Source: Armatimonadota bacterium (GTDB taxonomy: Bacteria > Armatimonadota > SYMT01). From it: a stretch of 64,000 nt of DNA. The stretch covers positions 96,001 through 160,000 of the forward strand of contig JAWLHY010000008.1 of NCBI GenBank assembly GCA_041690135.1, given 5' to 3'. The notes under the pieces were generated by a model. It had not been told where the DNA came from. It saw only the letters and a program-made list of their open reading frames with translations, and ran no database searches. Below are positions 47,059 to 55,994 of this stretch, in pieces (position 1 is the first letter of the stretch; each line of letters begins with the position of its first letter). The position numbers were made by a program, and so were the translations under genes.

Positions 47059-47616
47059 TCATTCCGGTGCGGGCGGGCGGAAGGTTCTCTCCCCGGCCGG
47101 ACGCTCGCTTCGCGACGTATTTGGACTCTCGGTTGACCCCGCCCCCGCGTCATCCGCGTAACCGTCGCGCCCGGATGGATTCCGCGGCCCGAATCCGTCG
47201 CGCCCGGGGTTTTCACGGGAATAGTGCTCGCGTGGCGGATAGTTCCCATGCCGTTCTCCGTCGCGGGGTGATCCATCCCGTGGATAACCTCTCTCACCGC
47301 CTTCGCCGGGGTGCCGTCGCGGCGGGCGGGGTCCTTCCGGGCCGCGGCCGCCGGGACCACGGCCACCACCGCCGGGGCCGCGGCCTCCGCCGAGCGTGCG
47401 CGGGCCGGAGATCGAAACGATGGCGCTCTTATAGACCAATTGCGCCGGCCCGCCGTCCAGCGGCTCAAGCAGTAGTACGTATGGATCGTACTCCAGCACC
47501 CGACCCCGAATCGACATGCGGTTTCGGAGGTAGATCGTGGCGATCTGGCGGGCCTCGGTGATGCGGCCCAGGACATTCTCCTGGAAATCCCGGCAAACGT
47601 TGGTTCTCGGTGGCAT
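47059..47616 (-). CDS. hfq: RNA chaperone Hfq-like protein with long disordered RG/RGG-rich C-terminal tail
   Basis: DFQENVL...IYLRNRMSIRGRVLEYDPYVLLL...QLVYKSAIVSI follows the Hfq Sm1/Sm2 pattern. Start 47616 chosen because a TGGTATAAT element overlaps the alternative start. Confidence 0.82.
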   Translation of the reverse strand: MPPRTNVCRDFQENVLGRITEARQIATIYLRNRMSIRGRVLEYDPYVLLLEPLDGGPAQLVYKSAIVSISGPRTLGGGRGPGGGGRGPGGRGPEGPRPPRRHPGEGGERGYPRDGSPRDGERHGNYPPREHYSRENPGRDGFGPRNPSGRDGYADDAGAGSTESPNTSRSERPAGERTFRPPAPE

Positions 47617-47671
47617 ACCTGCTCGGTCCCTGGTGGTGTTCGGTCGGACAGAAAAGTCGGCTCGCCTGACC

Positions 47672-47680
47672 ATTATACCA
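47672..47680 (-). promoter_or_regulatory. Extended -10 promoter for hfq
   Basis: TGGTATAAT on the minus strand, overlapping the coaB stop codon. Confidence 0.6.
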
Positions 47681-48395
47681 CCGGCCGGACGGAGCCGAAC
47701 ACCGGAGCATCGAGGCGCTCCGTGAGAAGGGTCACGAGACTATCGGCCAGTCCTTGCGTCGTCTCGCACTCGGCCAGCACGTTTTCCGAGTCCAGTACAA
47801 AGGCGCGGTGCCGCCCGTCATGGTACTCGGAGAGGTCATTGGCCACCACCAGATCCGCTCGGGAGCGGGACGCGCTGGATCGCGCGATGCCGAACAACTC
47901 CTCCTGCGTGCGGGCTACCTCCAACTTGAACTTGACCAGTACCAGATCCGCTGCAAGGTCCTTGATTTCGTCCACAATCTTCGGCGTGGGGCGCAGCCGC
48001 AAGATCAACTCCTCGTCGCCGGAGGGCAGCTTGGTGGCTACTTCGGAGATGGGCCGATAGTCGGATACGGCGGCGGCATGGAGCATGGCGTGGAAAGCGC
48101 CCGTCCGGAGTTGCTCGCGCACCAGGCCGTGGAGGTCGTCGAATGTGACGAAAGGCAAGACCCGAATCCCGGAAGCACGAAGCTCCTCCGCCGGAACCTG
48201 AACGGGACCCAGCAGTAGGGTGACCTCGGCCCCCGCTCGTGCAAAGGTGGTGGCCAGGGTGATCCCCGTGCGTCCCGAGGAGAAGTTACTGATATGCCGG
48301 ACGGCATCGATTCGCACCCAGGTCGGCCCGGCGGTGATCAACACCCGTCGGCCGCGCAGTGGGACCCCTTGCGGGGGATGGTTGGGACCTGCCAT
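47673..48395 (-). CDS. coaB: Stand-alone phosphopantothenate--cysteine ligase (CoaB / DFP C-terminal domain)
   Basis: VLITAGPTWVRIDAVRHISNFSSGRTG, HAAAVSDY, PTPKI, VKFKLE, VVAND. No CoaC flavoprotein domain. Confidence 0.88.
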   Translation of the reverse strand: MAGPNHPPQGVPLRGRRVLITAGPTWVRIDAVRHISNFSSGRTGITLATTFARAGAEVTLLLGPVQVPAEELRASGIRVLPFVTFDDLHGLVREQLRTGAFHAMLHAAAVSDYRPISEVATKLPSGDEELILRLRPTPKIVDEIKDLAADLVLVKFKLEVARTQEELFGIARSSASRSRADLVVANDLSEYHDGRHRAFVLDSENVLAECETTQGLADSLVTLLTERLDAPVFGSVRPVV

Positions 48396-48428
48396 GACAA
48401 GAATTCCTGATCGGCTGCAAAAAAGGTA

Positions 48429-48455
48429 GAACTTGAGGACCAATCGTGCGTCTAA
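48429..48455 (+). promoter_or_regulatory. ECF sigma (sigmaE/AlgU-type) promoter
   Basis: GAACTT-N16-TCTAA (GTCTAA), matching the RpoE/AlgU consensus. Confidence 0.6.
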
Positions 48456-48459
48456 GGGG

Positions 48460-48523
48460 TTGATCTGCTTCGTTTCCTTCTCCAGTTGGAAGGTCCCCGC
48501 CCATCGGGCGGGGTTTTCTTTTT
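48460..48523 (+). ncRNA. Candidate small regulatory RNA (~60-65 nt)
   Basis: Bounded by the sigmaE-type promoter and an intrinsic terminator CCCCGCCC-ATC-GGGCGGGG-TTTTCTTTTT. Contains TTTCCTTCTCC. No ORF. Confidence 0.55.
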
Positions 48524-48586
48524 TCTGGCAATTATTTTCGGAGATCCCAGCAGGGATTCCGGAGTTCTCGGGCCAAATAGGCCGCA

Positions 48587-48595
48587 TGGTATAAC
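48587..48595 (+). promoter_or_regulatory. Extended -10 promoter for the Crp-family gene
   Basis: TGGTATAAC about 70 nt upstream of the ATG. Confidence 0.5.
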
Positions 48596-48667
48596 ACCAA
48601 GCACCAACCGGCCTCGCCTGCCTTTGCCGATCCTGCTGGCGTGCGCCGGTGCTGCGGAGTAGTCCCC

Positions 48668-49363
48668 ATGGCCATCAGTGACCTTCTTGCGGAAGTTCCC
48701 CTCTTCGAGGGCATGTCTGAAAGCGATCTCGCCATTGTCGCGCAGCGAGTTCGGCAGCGACGCTATAAGGACGGAGACACCATCTTCCACCGGAACGACC
48801 CGGGGGTAGCGCTCTACGTCATCGTTAAGGGGAAGGTCAAGATCCACAACGAGACGCCCGACGGCTCCGACTGCATTATAGCCATCCTGTGTGAGGGTGA
48901 GTTCTTCGGCGAGTTGGCCGTGATCGATGGCGAGGAGCGTTCGGCGGATGCCACGACTCTGGAGGCGACCGACCTCCTGATGCTGACGAAGGATGATCTC
49001 CACGACATCCTGCAGCGTTATCCGGGGATCAGCCTTCAACTGTTAAGTACGCTGGCGGGGCGGTTGCGGCGTACCACCGAATCGTACCTGGCCTACTCGG
49101 CGCTCGATGTGAACGGCCGTCTCGCGCTGCAACTGCTGCGCCTGTCGGAACAGCACGGCATCGTCACGCCCGAAGGCGTCCGGATCAACCTCCGGTTGAC
49201 CCAAACCGACCTGGGCGCCCTGGTGGGCGCCTCGCGTGAGAGCGTGAATAAGGTGATGGGGTACTTCCGGCGCCAGGGGTTCATCAGCGTGGATGACCGG
49301 GCCCAGATTACGGTGCTCAACCAGAAGGCGCTGCAGCGGAAGTGCGAACTGACCCTCCAGTAA
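48668..49363 (+). CDS. Crp/Fnr family transcriptional regulator (cNMP-binding)
   Basis: GEFFGELAVID..RSA cNMP pocket; LTQTDLGALVGASRESVNK HTH. Confidence 0.95.
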   Translation: MAISDLLAEVPLFEGMSESDLAIVAQRVRQRRYKDGDTIFHRNDPGVALYVIVKGKVKIHNETPDGSDCIIAILCEGEFFGELAVIDGEERSADATTLEATDLLMLTKDDLHDILQRYPGISLQLLSTLAGRLRRTTESYLAYSALDVNGRLALQLLRLSEQHGIVTPEGVRINLRLTQTDLGALVGASRESVNKVMGYFRRQGFISVDDRAQITVLNQKALQRKCELTLQ

Positions 49364-49395
49364 ACCGGTCGGAGGGCGTTCCTGGCATTGAGGTG

Positions 49396-49431
49396 CGAGG
49401 GGAGGCGGCCACGTAAAGGCGCCTCCCCTCG
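49396..49431. terminator. Hairpin between convergent genes
   Basis: CGAGGGGAGGCG ... CGCCTCCCCTCG. Confidence 0.6.
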
Positions 49432-50577
49432 TTATGCAGCCTTGGCTTGGGACATCGGACCTGCCTGGGCCCGCAGCCATGTTGCGAGGCCTGCGACCCT
49501 CTCCTGAGGCGGCTGGGAGGCGGGCAATTGCCAAAAGGCGCCGGTGCCGGTGTTCTTCCGCATCCAGGCCGAAACGATCTGGATCTCGTCCAGCAGTTCC
49601 GCGTCGATCTTCTTGGGATCGAGTTCCTGCGAATCGGCGATTGCGGCGACGAGGCGTGTGGCCCAAGCGTGGCAGATCGCCGGTTCGCGGAGTTCCTCTG
49701 CCGTGAGATCCGCCTGCAGGACCAGGCGGCCAGAGTGGAACGCGAACAAGCTTAGGTTGCCGGGAGTGAGGGAAGGACACGCCGCCACCAGTGACAGCTC
49801 CTGCACTGCACTCATCAGGGCGTGCTGACGACCGCTCAGCGCCTCGATGTGACGCATTGCGTTTCGCAAGCGGGCTGCTAGCTCAAACTGCAGGCGCTCG
49901 GCGGCGCGCTCCATCCGGCCCCGGATACTGATGAGCACGCGTTCTTCCTTGCCGGCGAAGATATCGCGGACGGCATCCACGCCTTCCGCGTACTCGGCAG
50001 GCGTCACCGCGCCGATACACGGGCCCGAACAGGTCCCCAGTTCGTAGCGGTAGCAGACACGCTGGCGCGACAGTGCCTCTCCGCTCACGGTGCAGTCGCG
50101 CAGCTTGAGGGCGTCGGTAAGCGTATGGACGGCCTCTTCCAGGGTCGCCTGGCTGCGGAAGGGACCGAAGTACTCGGCGCCGTCCCTGCGGGGTGCGCGA
50201 GTCACCTCCAGCCGGGGATAGGGATCGTGGAAGTCGACCCGCAGGTAGGGAAGGGGCACGAACTCTTTCAACATGACGTTGAAGCGGGGCTGATGGCGCT
50301 TGATCAGCCGGCTTTCCAGGAGCAATGCCTCCAGTTCCGATCCGGTCTGCTGCCAGTCCAAATCGACAATTTCCTGCCGCAGACGCCGGATCTTCTTCGA
50401 CGGCGCGCGTCCATTGAAGTAGGACCGCACGCGATCGCGCAGGCAGACGGACTTGCCCACGTAGATGAGGTGGCCGCCGGCATCATAAAAGCGGTAGATG
50501 CCGGGACCGTTGGGAAGGGTGCGAAGGCGGGGTTCGAGTTGCGCCTTCTTTCGTGCGAGGACCGTACTGCCTGCCAT
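49432..50577 (-). CDS. GIY-YIG nuclease with UvrB/UvrC motif (Cho / short UvrC-like)
   Basis: PGIYRF...IYVGKS..LRDRVRSYF, ELEALLLESRLIK..PRFN, Cys cluster C...C...CSGPC, MERAAERLQFELAARLRN. No RNase H or HhH C-terminal domains. Confidence 0.9.
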   Translation of the reverse strand: MAGSTVLARKKAQLEPRLRTLPNGPGIYRFYDAGGHLIYVGKSVCLRDRVRSYFNGRAPSKKIRRLRQEIVDLDWQQTGSELEALLLESRLIKRHQPRFNVMLKEFVPLPYLRVDFHDPYPRLEVTRAPRRDGAEYFGPFRSQATLEEAVHTLTDALKLRDCTVSGEALSRQRVCYRYELGTCSGPCIGAVTPAEYAEGVDAVRDIFAGKEERVLISIRGRMERAAERLQFELAARLRNAMRHIEALSGRQHALMSAVQELSLVAACPSLTPGNLSLFAFHSGRLVLQADLTAEELREPAICHAWATRLVAAIADSQELDPKKIDAELLDEIQIVSAWMRKNTGTGAFWQLPASQPPQERVAGLATWLRAQAGPMSQAKAA

Positions 50578-50768
50578 CACAAACGATACACTGAAAACGG
50601 CTGAGCCTCTGCCTGGAGTGACATGACGCATAGTCGGGTTGGAATCTGCGCCGGCCACAGAAAGGTTCAAACAGATTTTCGAGAACCGGACTGTGGGACA
50701 GGGAAAAGGGGAAGAAAGTGATGCAATTGCAACGAGTGCCTGCCCGGTTGGGAAGAAGGGCGGTAACG

Positions 50769-51587
50769 ATGGGTATGGGTCTTCTGACCGCCGCCATCTT
50801 TGTGCCCCTGGGCGCCGGGGCGCAGGGAGTCGCACCGCAGATTACCGACTTGGAGCAGCCGCCGCGGCCGGTGAACGTGTTCCTGGCCGATCGTCCCATC
50901 GTAACCGTGGAGTTCGGCGGGGACTACGGACCGGTACGGGTGACCGGAGCTTTGGATCGGGCTCCCAAGGAAACGCTCCGTTTGACGGACGCCACCGGCA
51001 GGACCCGGGAAGCCGTGTGGTCCGAGGTGCAGTCCCTGACGGAGGTCCGTACGGCGACGGAAGGGCTCCCCGTGGGAAGCTACACCGTCTACCTGATCGG
51101 TGACGCCACTCCCACCACCAGCGTGGGCGGGGCGGGAGGCTATTTGACGACCACGCTGCCCACCCCGGGTGGGTCGCGCGGCGGCTGGCGGTTATCGCGC
51201 CTTCCGGAAGGGGAAATGGCCGTGGCGACAGGGAGCCTGGGAACCATCGCGTTCCCGGTGTCGCGGATCAGGTCGTTCGTCGAGGAGCCGATCCGCGGCA
51301 GCATCACGCAGATGCCCGCCGGCAATGTGACCGTAGAGGTGCTCGCCGGCAAGACCCTCACGGTGCCGTTGACGAACGTCGAGTTTCTGCGTAGAGACCT
51401 GCGTGCGGGAACCATCACGCTTAGCCTGGCCGACGGCCAGACCGTGACCGGGAAACTCCGGGAGCTGCCGAAGGTGGCGCTCGCTTTTGAGGACAAGCGT
51501 CCCCCCATCCCACTGGAACGGATCGTCCAGTTGGAGGTCGCCATTCCGGGCCTTTCCCGTGGGAATGGATTGGGCCTGGGACGCTAG
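50769..51587 (+). CDS. Secreted hypothetical protein (beta-rich)
   Basis: Signal peptide ending GAGAQ; no recognised domain. Start may be 50718. Confidence 0.7.
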   Translation: MGMGLLTAAIFVPLGAGAQGVAPQITDLEQPPRPVNVFLADRPIVTVEFGGDYGPVRVTGALDRAPKETLRLTDATGRTREAVWSEVQSLTEVRTATEGLPVGSYTVYLIGDATPTTSVGGAGGYLTTTLPTPGGSRGGWRLSRLPEGEMAVATGSLGTIAFPVSRIRSFVEEPIRGSITQMPAGNVTVEVLAGKTLTVPLTNVEFLRRDLRAGTITLSLADGQTVTGKLRELPKVALAFEDKRPPIPLERIVQLEVAIPGLSRGNGLGLGR

Positions 51588-51696
51588 GGGGTTCGGAGCG
51601 AAACGACCGGCACAAAGACGCGCCGCGGGCGAGATCAAGATCTCGAAACCCGCGGCGCTTCTTGTGTTGATCCTGCACTTACTGCGGCAAGTCGCG

Positions 51697-52464
51697 CTAA
51701 CTGCCCCCCACCTTCGGAGTGGCCAGGTAAGGAGGCAGATCAAGCGACTCCCCCTGGGGCGAGGACCCCTTCGGAGCACCGGCGGACGCGGGGCTCGCGG
51801 CGGGCTTGCTGCCTCCACCGTTAACCACCACCTCCCAGGACGGGGCGCGCCGCTTGCCGGAATTCTCATCACCCGCGCCCTCAAAGCCCAGGTGGCGCGC
51901 CATTTCGTGCGCAATCTCGGAGGTGATCGGAATGACCTTCAGGGAGGAGCTGATCCAGGTGACTTTCCGGTCCTTGGATAGTCCGTAGACGCGGGGGCAC
52001 GGGTGTCCCTTATACTCTGCCATCACCGGTCCCTGCTGCGGCTCGTAGAGCATCGTGTGCTTCAGCGGCACGTCGCGACGGTAGGACTGCTCGGCCTCGG
52101 GCGCGGAGGTGGTGACGGTGATGACGTCGGGAGCCTTAGCCCCCAGGTCTTTGGTGAGTGCACCGAGATACACCTGCAACTGGCGGCAGTTGCTGCAGCC
52201 GCAGGTGAAACACAGTAGGGTGTCGCGCTTCACCAGTTTAGAAAGCGTCTGGGGCACCCCCTTGGCGTTGGCCAGGGAGAAGTCGGGAGCTTCGTCTCCC
52301 ACCTTGAACTTGGGCATGTGCTGCGGGTTCTCGGCTTCCGCGTTGGAGGGCGCCTCCAGGGCTTTGGCGTCCTTCACAAACTGTCGCGAGTAGTCGATGG
52401 CCACCACGACGAGCACAACGGAGAGGATGGCAAGAACCCAGGTGTTGGAATTCCAGTTTCGCAT
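51697..52464 (-). CDS. Membrane-anchored redoxin (AhpC/TSA-like) domain protein
   Basis: N-terminal TM, KVGDEAPDFSL, CFTCGCSNC, HPCPRVY. Confidence 0.8.
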   Translation of the reverse strand: MRNWNSNTWVLAILSVVLVVVAIDYSRQFVKDAKALEAPSNAEAENPQHMPKFKVGDEAPDFSLANAKGVPQTLSKLVKRDTLLCFTCGCSNCRQLQVYLGALTKDLGAKAPDVITVTTSAPEAEQSYRRDVPLKHTMLYEPQQGPVMAEYKGHPCPRVYGLSKDRKVTWISSSLKVIPITSEIAHEMARHLGFEGAGDENSGKRRAPSWEVVVNGGGSKPAASPASAGAPKGSSPQGESLDLPPYLATPKVGGS

Positions 52465-52782
52465 GTATTTCCCTAGGCCCGTTCGATGCGTACGGCGTAG
52501 TCAATGAGCTCCGAAACGTTGGCCGACGGATCCTCAGAATGGATCTCCGCGCGGGTCGGGTGCGATCCTGCCGAGCACGCCTGGACAACGCAGTGGCGCA
52601 CCGGGACAGTAGCGTCCTTCCCGCATTCATTAAGTACGGAGATTCTTCAACAGGCAGTTCCTCGGAGAGGGTGGAGCGAAGGGTGAGAGCCCTCTCTGCG
52701 CTCTGCCTGCGGCGCCGCGAGCCGGAGGCCTCGCTTGCGGACTTCCCTTCGATGAATCTCGTCCGTTCTCTCCGGAAACGGG

Positions 52783-53454
52783 TCACCCGCTGCCGGACCC
52801 CGAGAGGCGCACCCGGGAGGCCACGAAGTACTCCTCATCCAGCAACCGGGTGTAGCTCTGGACCCGGCCGCGGATCGGTACGGAGAAATCGGCGCTCACA
52901 TCCCCGAAAGCGAAACTTGCGACGGTGCTCGTGCGAAAGGATTTTGTCCTTTGCCCCAGAAACTCGTCCGCGAGGATCGGCTCCTGGTAATCGGGCGTGC
53001 GTCCGGTCACGGCGATGCGGACATTGCGGCGGTTCCAGGCCAGGTGCATGACCAGTGGCGTGGACACCGTGCCGTTCTCCCCTGGTTCGAGAACTACGAT
53101 TCGGGCCTGGCGCTTCCCATACACGTACCGGAAATCATCGCCCAGGTAGTGGTGGCACACCAGTTCCCCGATCCGCACGTAAACCGGGGTCCCTTCATCG
53201 ATATCGAACAGGTCCACTTCGTCCAGCGGCAGGCGCGCCACGAGCCGGAAGCTCCCCTGGGTGACCGGGACGCACTCCACCAGCCCTTCCCGGTCCCGGA
53301 TACAGCGAACGTCTTGCGAGAGGGCTTCGGAGAAGGTGACGTGGGGACGCGTGCCGGCATGGCTTCCTTGCGCTCCGGTGATGCCGCCCAGCAGGGCCAG
53401 GAACCCCGATTTGATGAGAGTCCTGCGGGTAAGCGACCCGTGACCGTTTTCCAT
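52783..53454 (-). CDS. Tat-signal hypothetical protein
   Basis: LTRRTLIKSGFLALLGG...SHA; GGAGG RBS. Confidence 0.7.
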   Translation of the reverse strand: MENGHGSLTRRTLIKSGFLALLGGITGAQGSHAGTRPHVTFSEALSQDVRCIRDREGLVECVPVTQGSFRLVARLPLDEVDLFDIDEGTPVYVRIGELVCHHYLGDDFRYVYGKRQARIVVLEPGENGTVSTPLVMHLAWNRRNVRIAVTGRTPDYQEPILADEFLGQRTKSFRTSTVASFAFGDVSADFSVPIRGRVQSYTRLLDEEYFVASRVRLSGSGSG

Positions 53455-53580
53455 TCCGAACTTCCTCCCGACCTTCGTTCCAAACGTCCGTTCGCACACT
53501 CCGCCATGCCGTCCGTCGCCGGTCCTTCCTATGTTGATAGCATACCGAGCGGCGGAATTCCCTTCTGAACGGATTTTCGG

Positions 53581-54132
53581 TTAAGGAAGGGGCAGGTGCT
53601 CGGGTGGAGGTTGGAAGCCCAGGGCGCGCAAGTAATCGGCAATGGCCAGGCGCGTCGTGGCGAACGCGAATTCCGACCAGGGCAACGCAGCGGGAGAAAA
53701 CAGGCCGACCTCCAGACTCTCGTCGAGGGCCTGAGGTTCACCTCCCGTGATGGTTCCTCGATAGACGATCAGGATTACCGGGCTGCCGGGTGGATGGCTG
53801 TAGATCCCGAGGAGACTTTCGAGGCGAACGTCAACGCCGGCTTCTTCCCGAGCCTCGCGAACCGCTGCCTGCTCGGGATGCTCGCCTCGGTCCACGAAAC
53901 CGCCGGGGAATACCCACGAGCCGTAAGCCGGTTCAATCGCCCGGCGGAGCAAGAGTACCCGTCCCTCCTGCTCCGTCACGACTCCGGCCGCCAGCTTGGG
54001 GTCGAGGTAGAAAACGAACTCACAGCCGTTGCAGCAAAGGCGGTTCGGTTCACCGGGCTTCAGACAACGCGCAGTGAGCGCATGCCCACAGCGCGGGCAA
54101 AATCGGTAACCGGGGTCTTGTGGATGCGCCAT
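53581..54132 (-). CDS. NUDIX hydrolase with N-terminal zinc ribbon
   Basis: FCPRCG...CNGC, PGGFVDRGEHPEQAAVREAREEAG Nudix box. Confidence 0.93.
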   Translation of the reverse strand: MAHPQDPGYRFCPRCGHALTARCLKPGEPNRLCCNGCEFVFYLDPKLAAGVVTEQEGRVLLLRRAIEPAYGSWVFPGGFVDRGEHPEQAAVREAREEAGVDVRLESLLGIYSHPPGSPVILIVYRGTITGGEPQALDESLEVGLFSPAALPWSEFAFATTRLAIADYLRALGFQPPPEHLPLP

Positions 54133-54137
54133 GCCGA

Positions 54138-55118
54138 TCAGCCCGTCTGGAACTCCTTGAGTAGCTCTTGGAACGCCGTAGAGGAGCGGAGCGGCTCGAG
54201 TTCCGGATCCAGATCTTCCGGAGCGCCGACCAGTCCTTTGCGCAACTCGTCTCGCTCCTCGGCGGTCGTGATCGCCTGCCACGATAGCCGGAGGCTCTCG
54301 ACCGCTTCGCGAGTCAGTGCTGCCCTCTGCGCCTCTCCTCGCGCCAACCGCACCTTCTGCGCAAGTGCGCAAGCCACGTTGTAGTAGCTGGCGGCCGCGT
54401 ACTTCTGGCCCGCATCCCCGACAGCTCGGTAATGCTCGATTGCGGCGTCGTAGTCCCGGAGGTCGAAATAGGCCCAACCCAGCCGGTAATGCCACTCGAC
54501 CCGTTCCGTGCCAGGCATTCCCGCCTTCGCCGCCTGCTGGTAATATTCGACGGCGTCTTCGGGACGGTGAAGCTTCCAATAGGTCTGGCCCAGGTCATTC
54601 AGCGTGCGCCAGCGGGATTCGTTCGGCGAAAGATCCAGTGCGTCCGCGTAGTATTTTGCGGCGCGCTCGTAGTCGTCATTCTGGTAGGCGGCGGCCCCCA
54701 TCCGCATTAGCACCCGGTAGGAGTTCGGAAAGCGGCGGTAGGCCTGCCGATAGACGATGAGTGCGTCCAGCTTTTGCCCTTCCGCCAGCAATTGATCCCC
54801 TTTCTCCAGTTGCTTCTGCAGGACGAGGGGGGTCGGATCGGCGCTCACCCGCCACGCAAAGACATAGGTGGCGGTGAGGATGTTAAGGATGAGAATGGCA
54901 CCATAGCCGCTCAGCCGCACCAGCCGGGTCGGCTGGAGGTGGATGCCCCGCGCGAACGCCCACGCAATGACGCAGAAGAGCGACGCGTAGGCGAGGGTGG
55001 CCAGGTGCAGTGGATGCTGCACCAAGCCAAGCCACTTGTCCACCACGGCGAGGAAAGCGAAAAACCCTCCTGCCGCGCAAAGGACTACAGGTGTCCTACG
55101 GGGCCAGGTGATCTGCAT
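54138..55118 (-). CDS. Membrane-anchored tetratricopeptide repeat protein
   Basis: Three N-terminal TM helices followed by TPR-type helices (LGQTYWKL, LGWAYFDL, YYNVACALA). Confidence 0.85.
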   Translation of the reverse strand: MQITWPRRTPVVLCAAGGFFAFLAVVDKWLGLVQHPLHLATLAYASLFCVIAWAFARGIHLQPTRLVRLSGYGAILILNILTATYVFAWRVSADPTPLVLQKQLEKGDQLLAEGQKLDALIVYRQAYRRFPNSYRVLMRMGAAAYQNDDYERAAKYYADALDLSPNESRWRTLNDLGQTYWKLHRPEDAVEYYQQAAKAGMPGTERVEWHYRLGWAYFDLRDYDAAIEHYRAVGDAGQKYAAASYYNVACALAQKVRLARGEAQRAALTREAVESLRLSWQAITTAEERDELRKGLVGAPEDLDPELEPLRSSTAFQELLKEFQTG

Positions 55119-55148
55119 GATTCTGGAACGAAGTGTCCGTGCCTCTTC

Positions 55149-55406
55149 TTACGCGGGTCGCAGGTGATCCGGCGCGGCGTAGCCGAAGATCGGCAGGACG
55201 AACGACTCGCGCTTGGGTCGCTTGTCGTCGCCCGGCTTGGGCGGATCCGGAGGCATCTTGCGCATCACCACCTGTCCGCGCGTATCATTCGACGCCGTCA
55301 ACGCCTGGGGGAGCGGTTCGCTCACCGGTCCAGAGGCCGAATGAGAGACAATGACGCCGAAACCCAGGGTCAACGCAGTAATCGTAATGGAAAATCGATT
55401 CATCAA
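55149..55406 (-). CDS. Small secreted peptide/protein
   Basis: 85 aa, signal-like N-terminus (…VSHSA), Pro-rich and basic C-terminal part. 30 nt upstream of the TPR gene. Confidence 0.55.
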   Translation of the reverse strand: MMNRFSITITALTLGFGVIVSHSASGPVSEPLPQALTASNDTRGQVVMRKMPPDPPKPGDDKRPKRESFVLPIFGYAAPDHLRPA

Positions 55407-55559
55407 TGGAACCTCAGTGGGCGAATTCTTTCCGCCATCCCTAAGGACCCCGCTCGAGCCGTTAGGTTCACACTGAATCTTACCAGAACTGCCCTGGCTA
55501 CGCTAGGTGCAGGAACCTTCCGGCGGGATCGGTAACATAATCCCTCTGGGAGTAAGCGC

Positions 55560-55994
55560 ATGATGGAGCCCGTTGCTCGATTTACGATTTCAATTCCGCC
55601 CGACCTGTTGACTCAGTTCGACGAGGTGTGCGCAGGTAAGGGTTACGCGTCCCGTTCGGAGGCCGTCCGCGATGCCATTCGGGATTACCTGGTGGCGCAC
55701 GAGTGGACATCCGGGGAGGGTGCCGGTACGGAGGACGTGGTAGGCACGGTCACGCTGGTGTACGATCACGAGACCCGCGGCGTGTCCGATGAACTCCTGC
55801 GCCAGCAGCATGAACATCACGGCCTCATCCTTTCCGCACTACACGTTCATCTCGACGCGCACAACTGCCTCGAGGTGATCGTGCTCCGCGGGGCTCGGGA
55901 CGTAGTGTCTTCCCTGGCGGACCTGCTGATCAGCCAGCGCGGAGTGAAGTTCGGACGGCTCGTGTGCGCGACGAGCGGGTCGGGTCTGCTCTAG
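55560..55994 (+). CDS. nikR: Nickel-responsive regulator NikR
   Basis: RFTISI RHH domain, SRSEAVRDAIR, YDHE, QHEHH, LHVHLDAHNCLEV. Confidence 0.96.
   Translation: MMEPVARFTISIPPDLLTQFDEVCAGKGYASRSEAVRDAIRDYLVAHEWTSGEGAGTEDVVGTVTLVYDHETRGVSDELLRQQHEHHGLILSALHVHLDAHNCLEVIVLRGARDVVSSLADLLISQRGVKFGRLVCATSGSGLL

Noticed and set aside
49432-50577. Full-length uvrC
   Set aside because: At about 380 aa it lacks the RNase H-like and HhH domains. No convincing LexA box was identified upstream.
55420-55559. NikR operator or cobalamin riboswitch upstream of nikR
   Set aside because: No clean GTATGA-N16-TCATAC-like palindrome or B12-box could be identified by eye.
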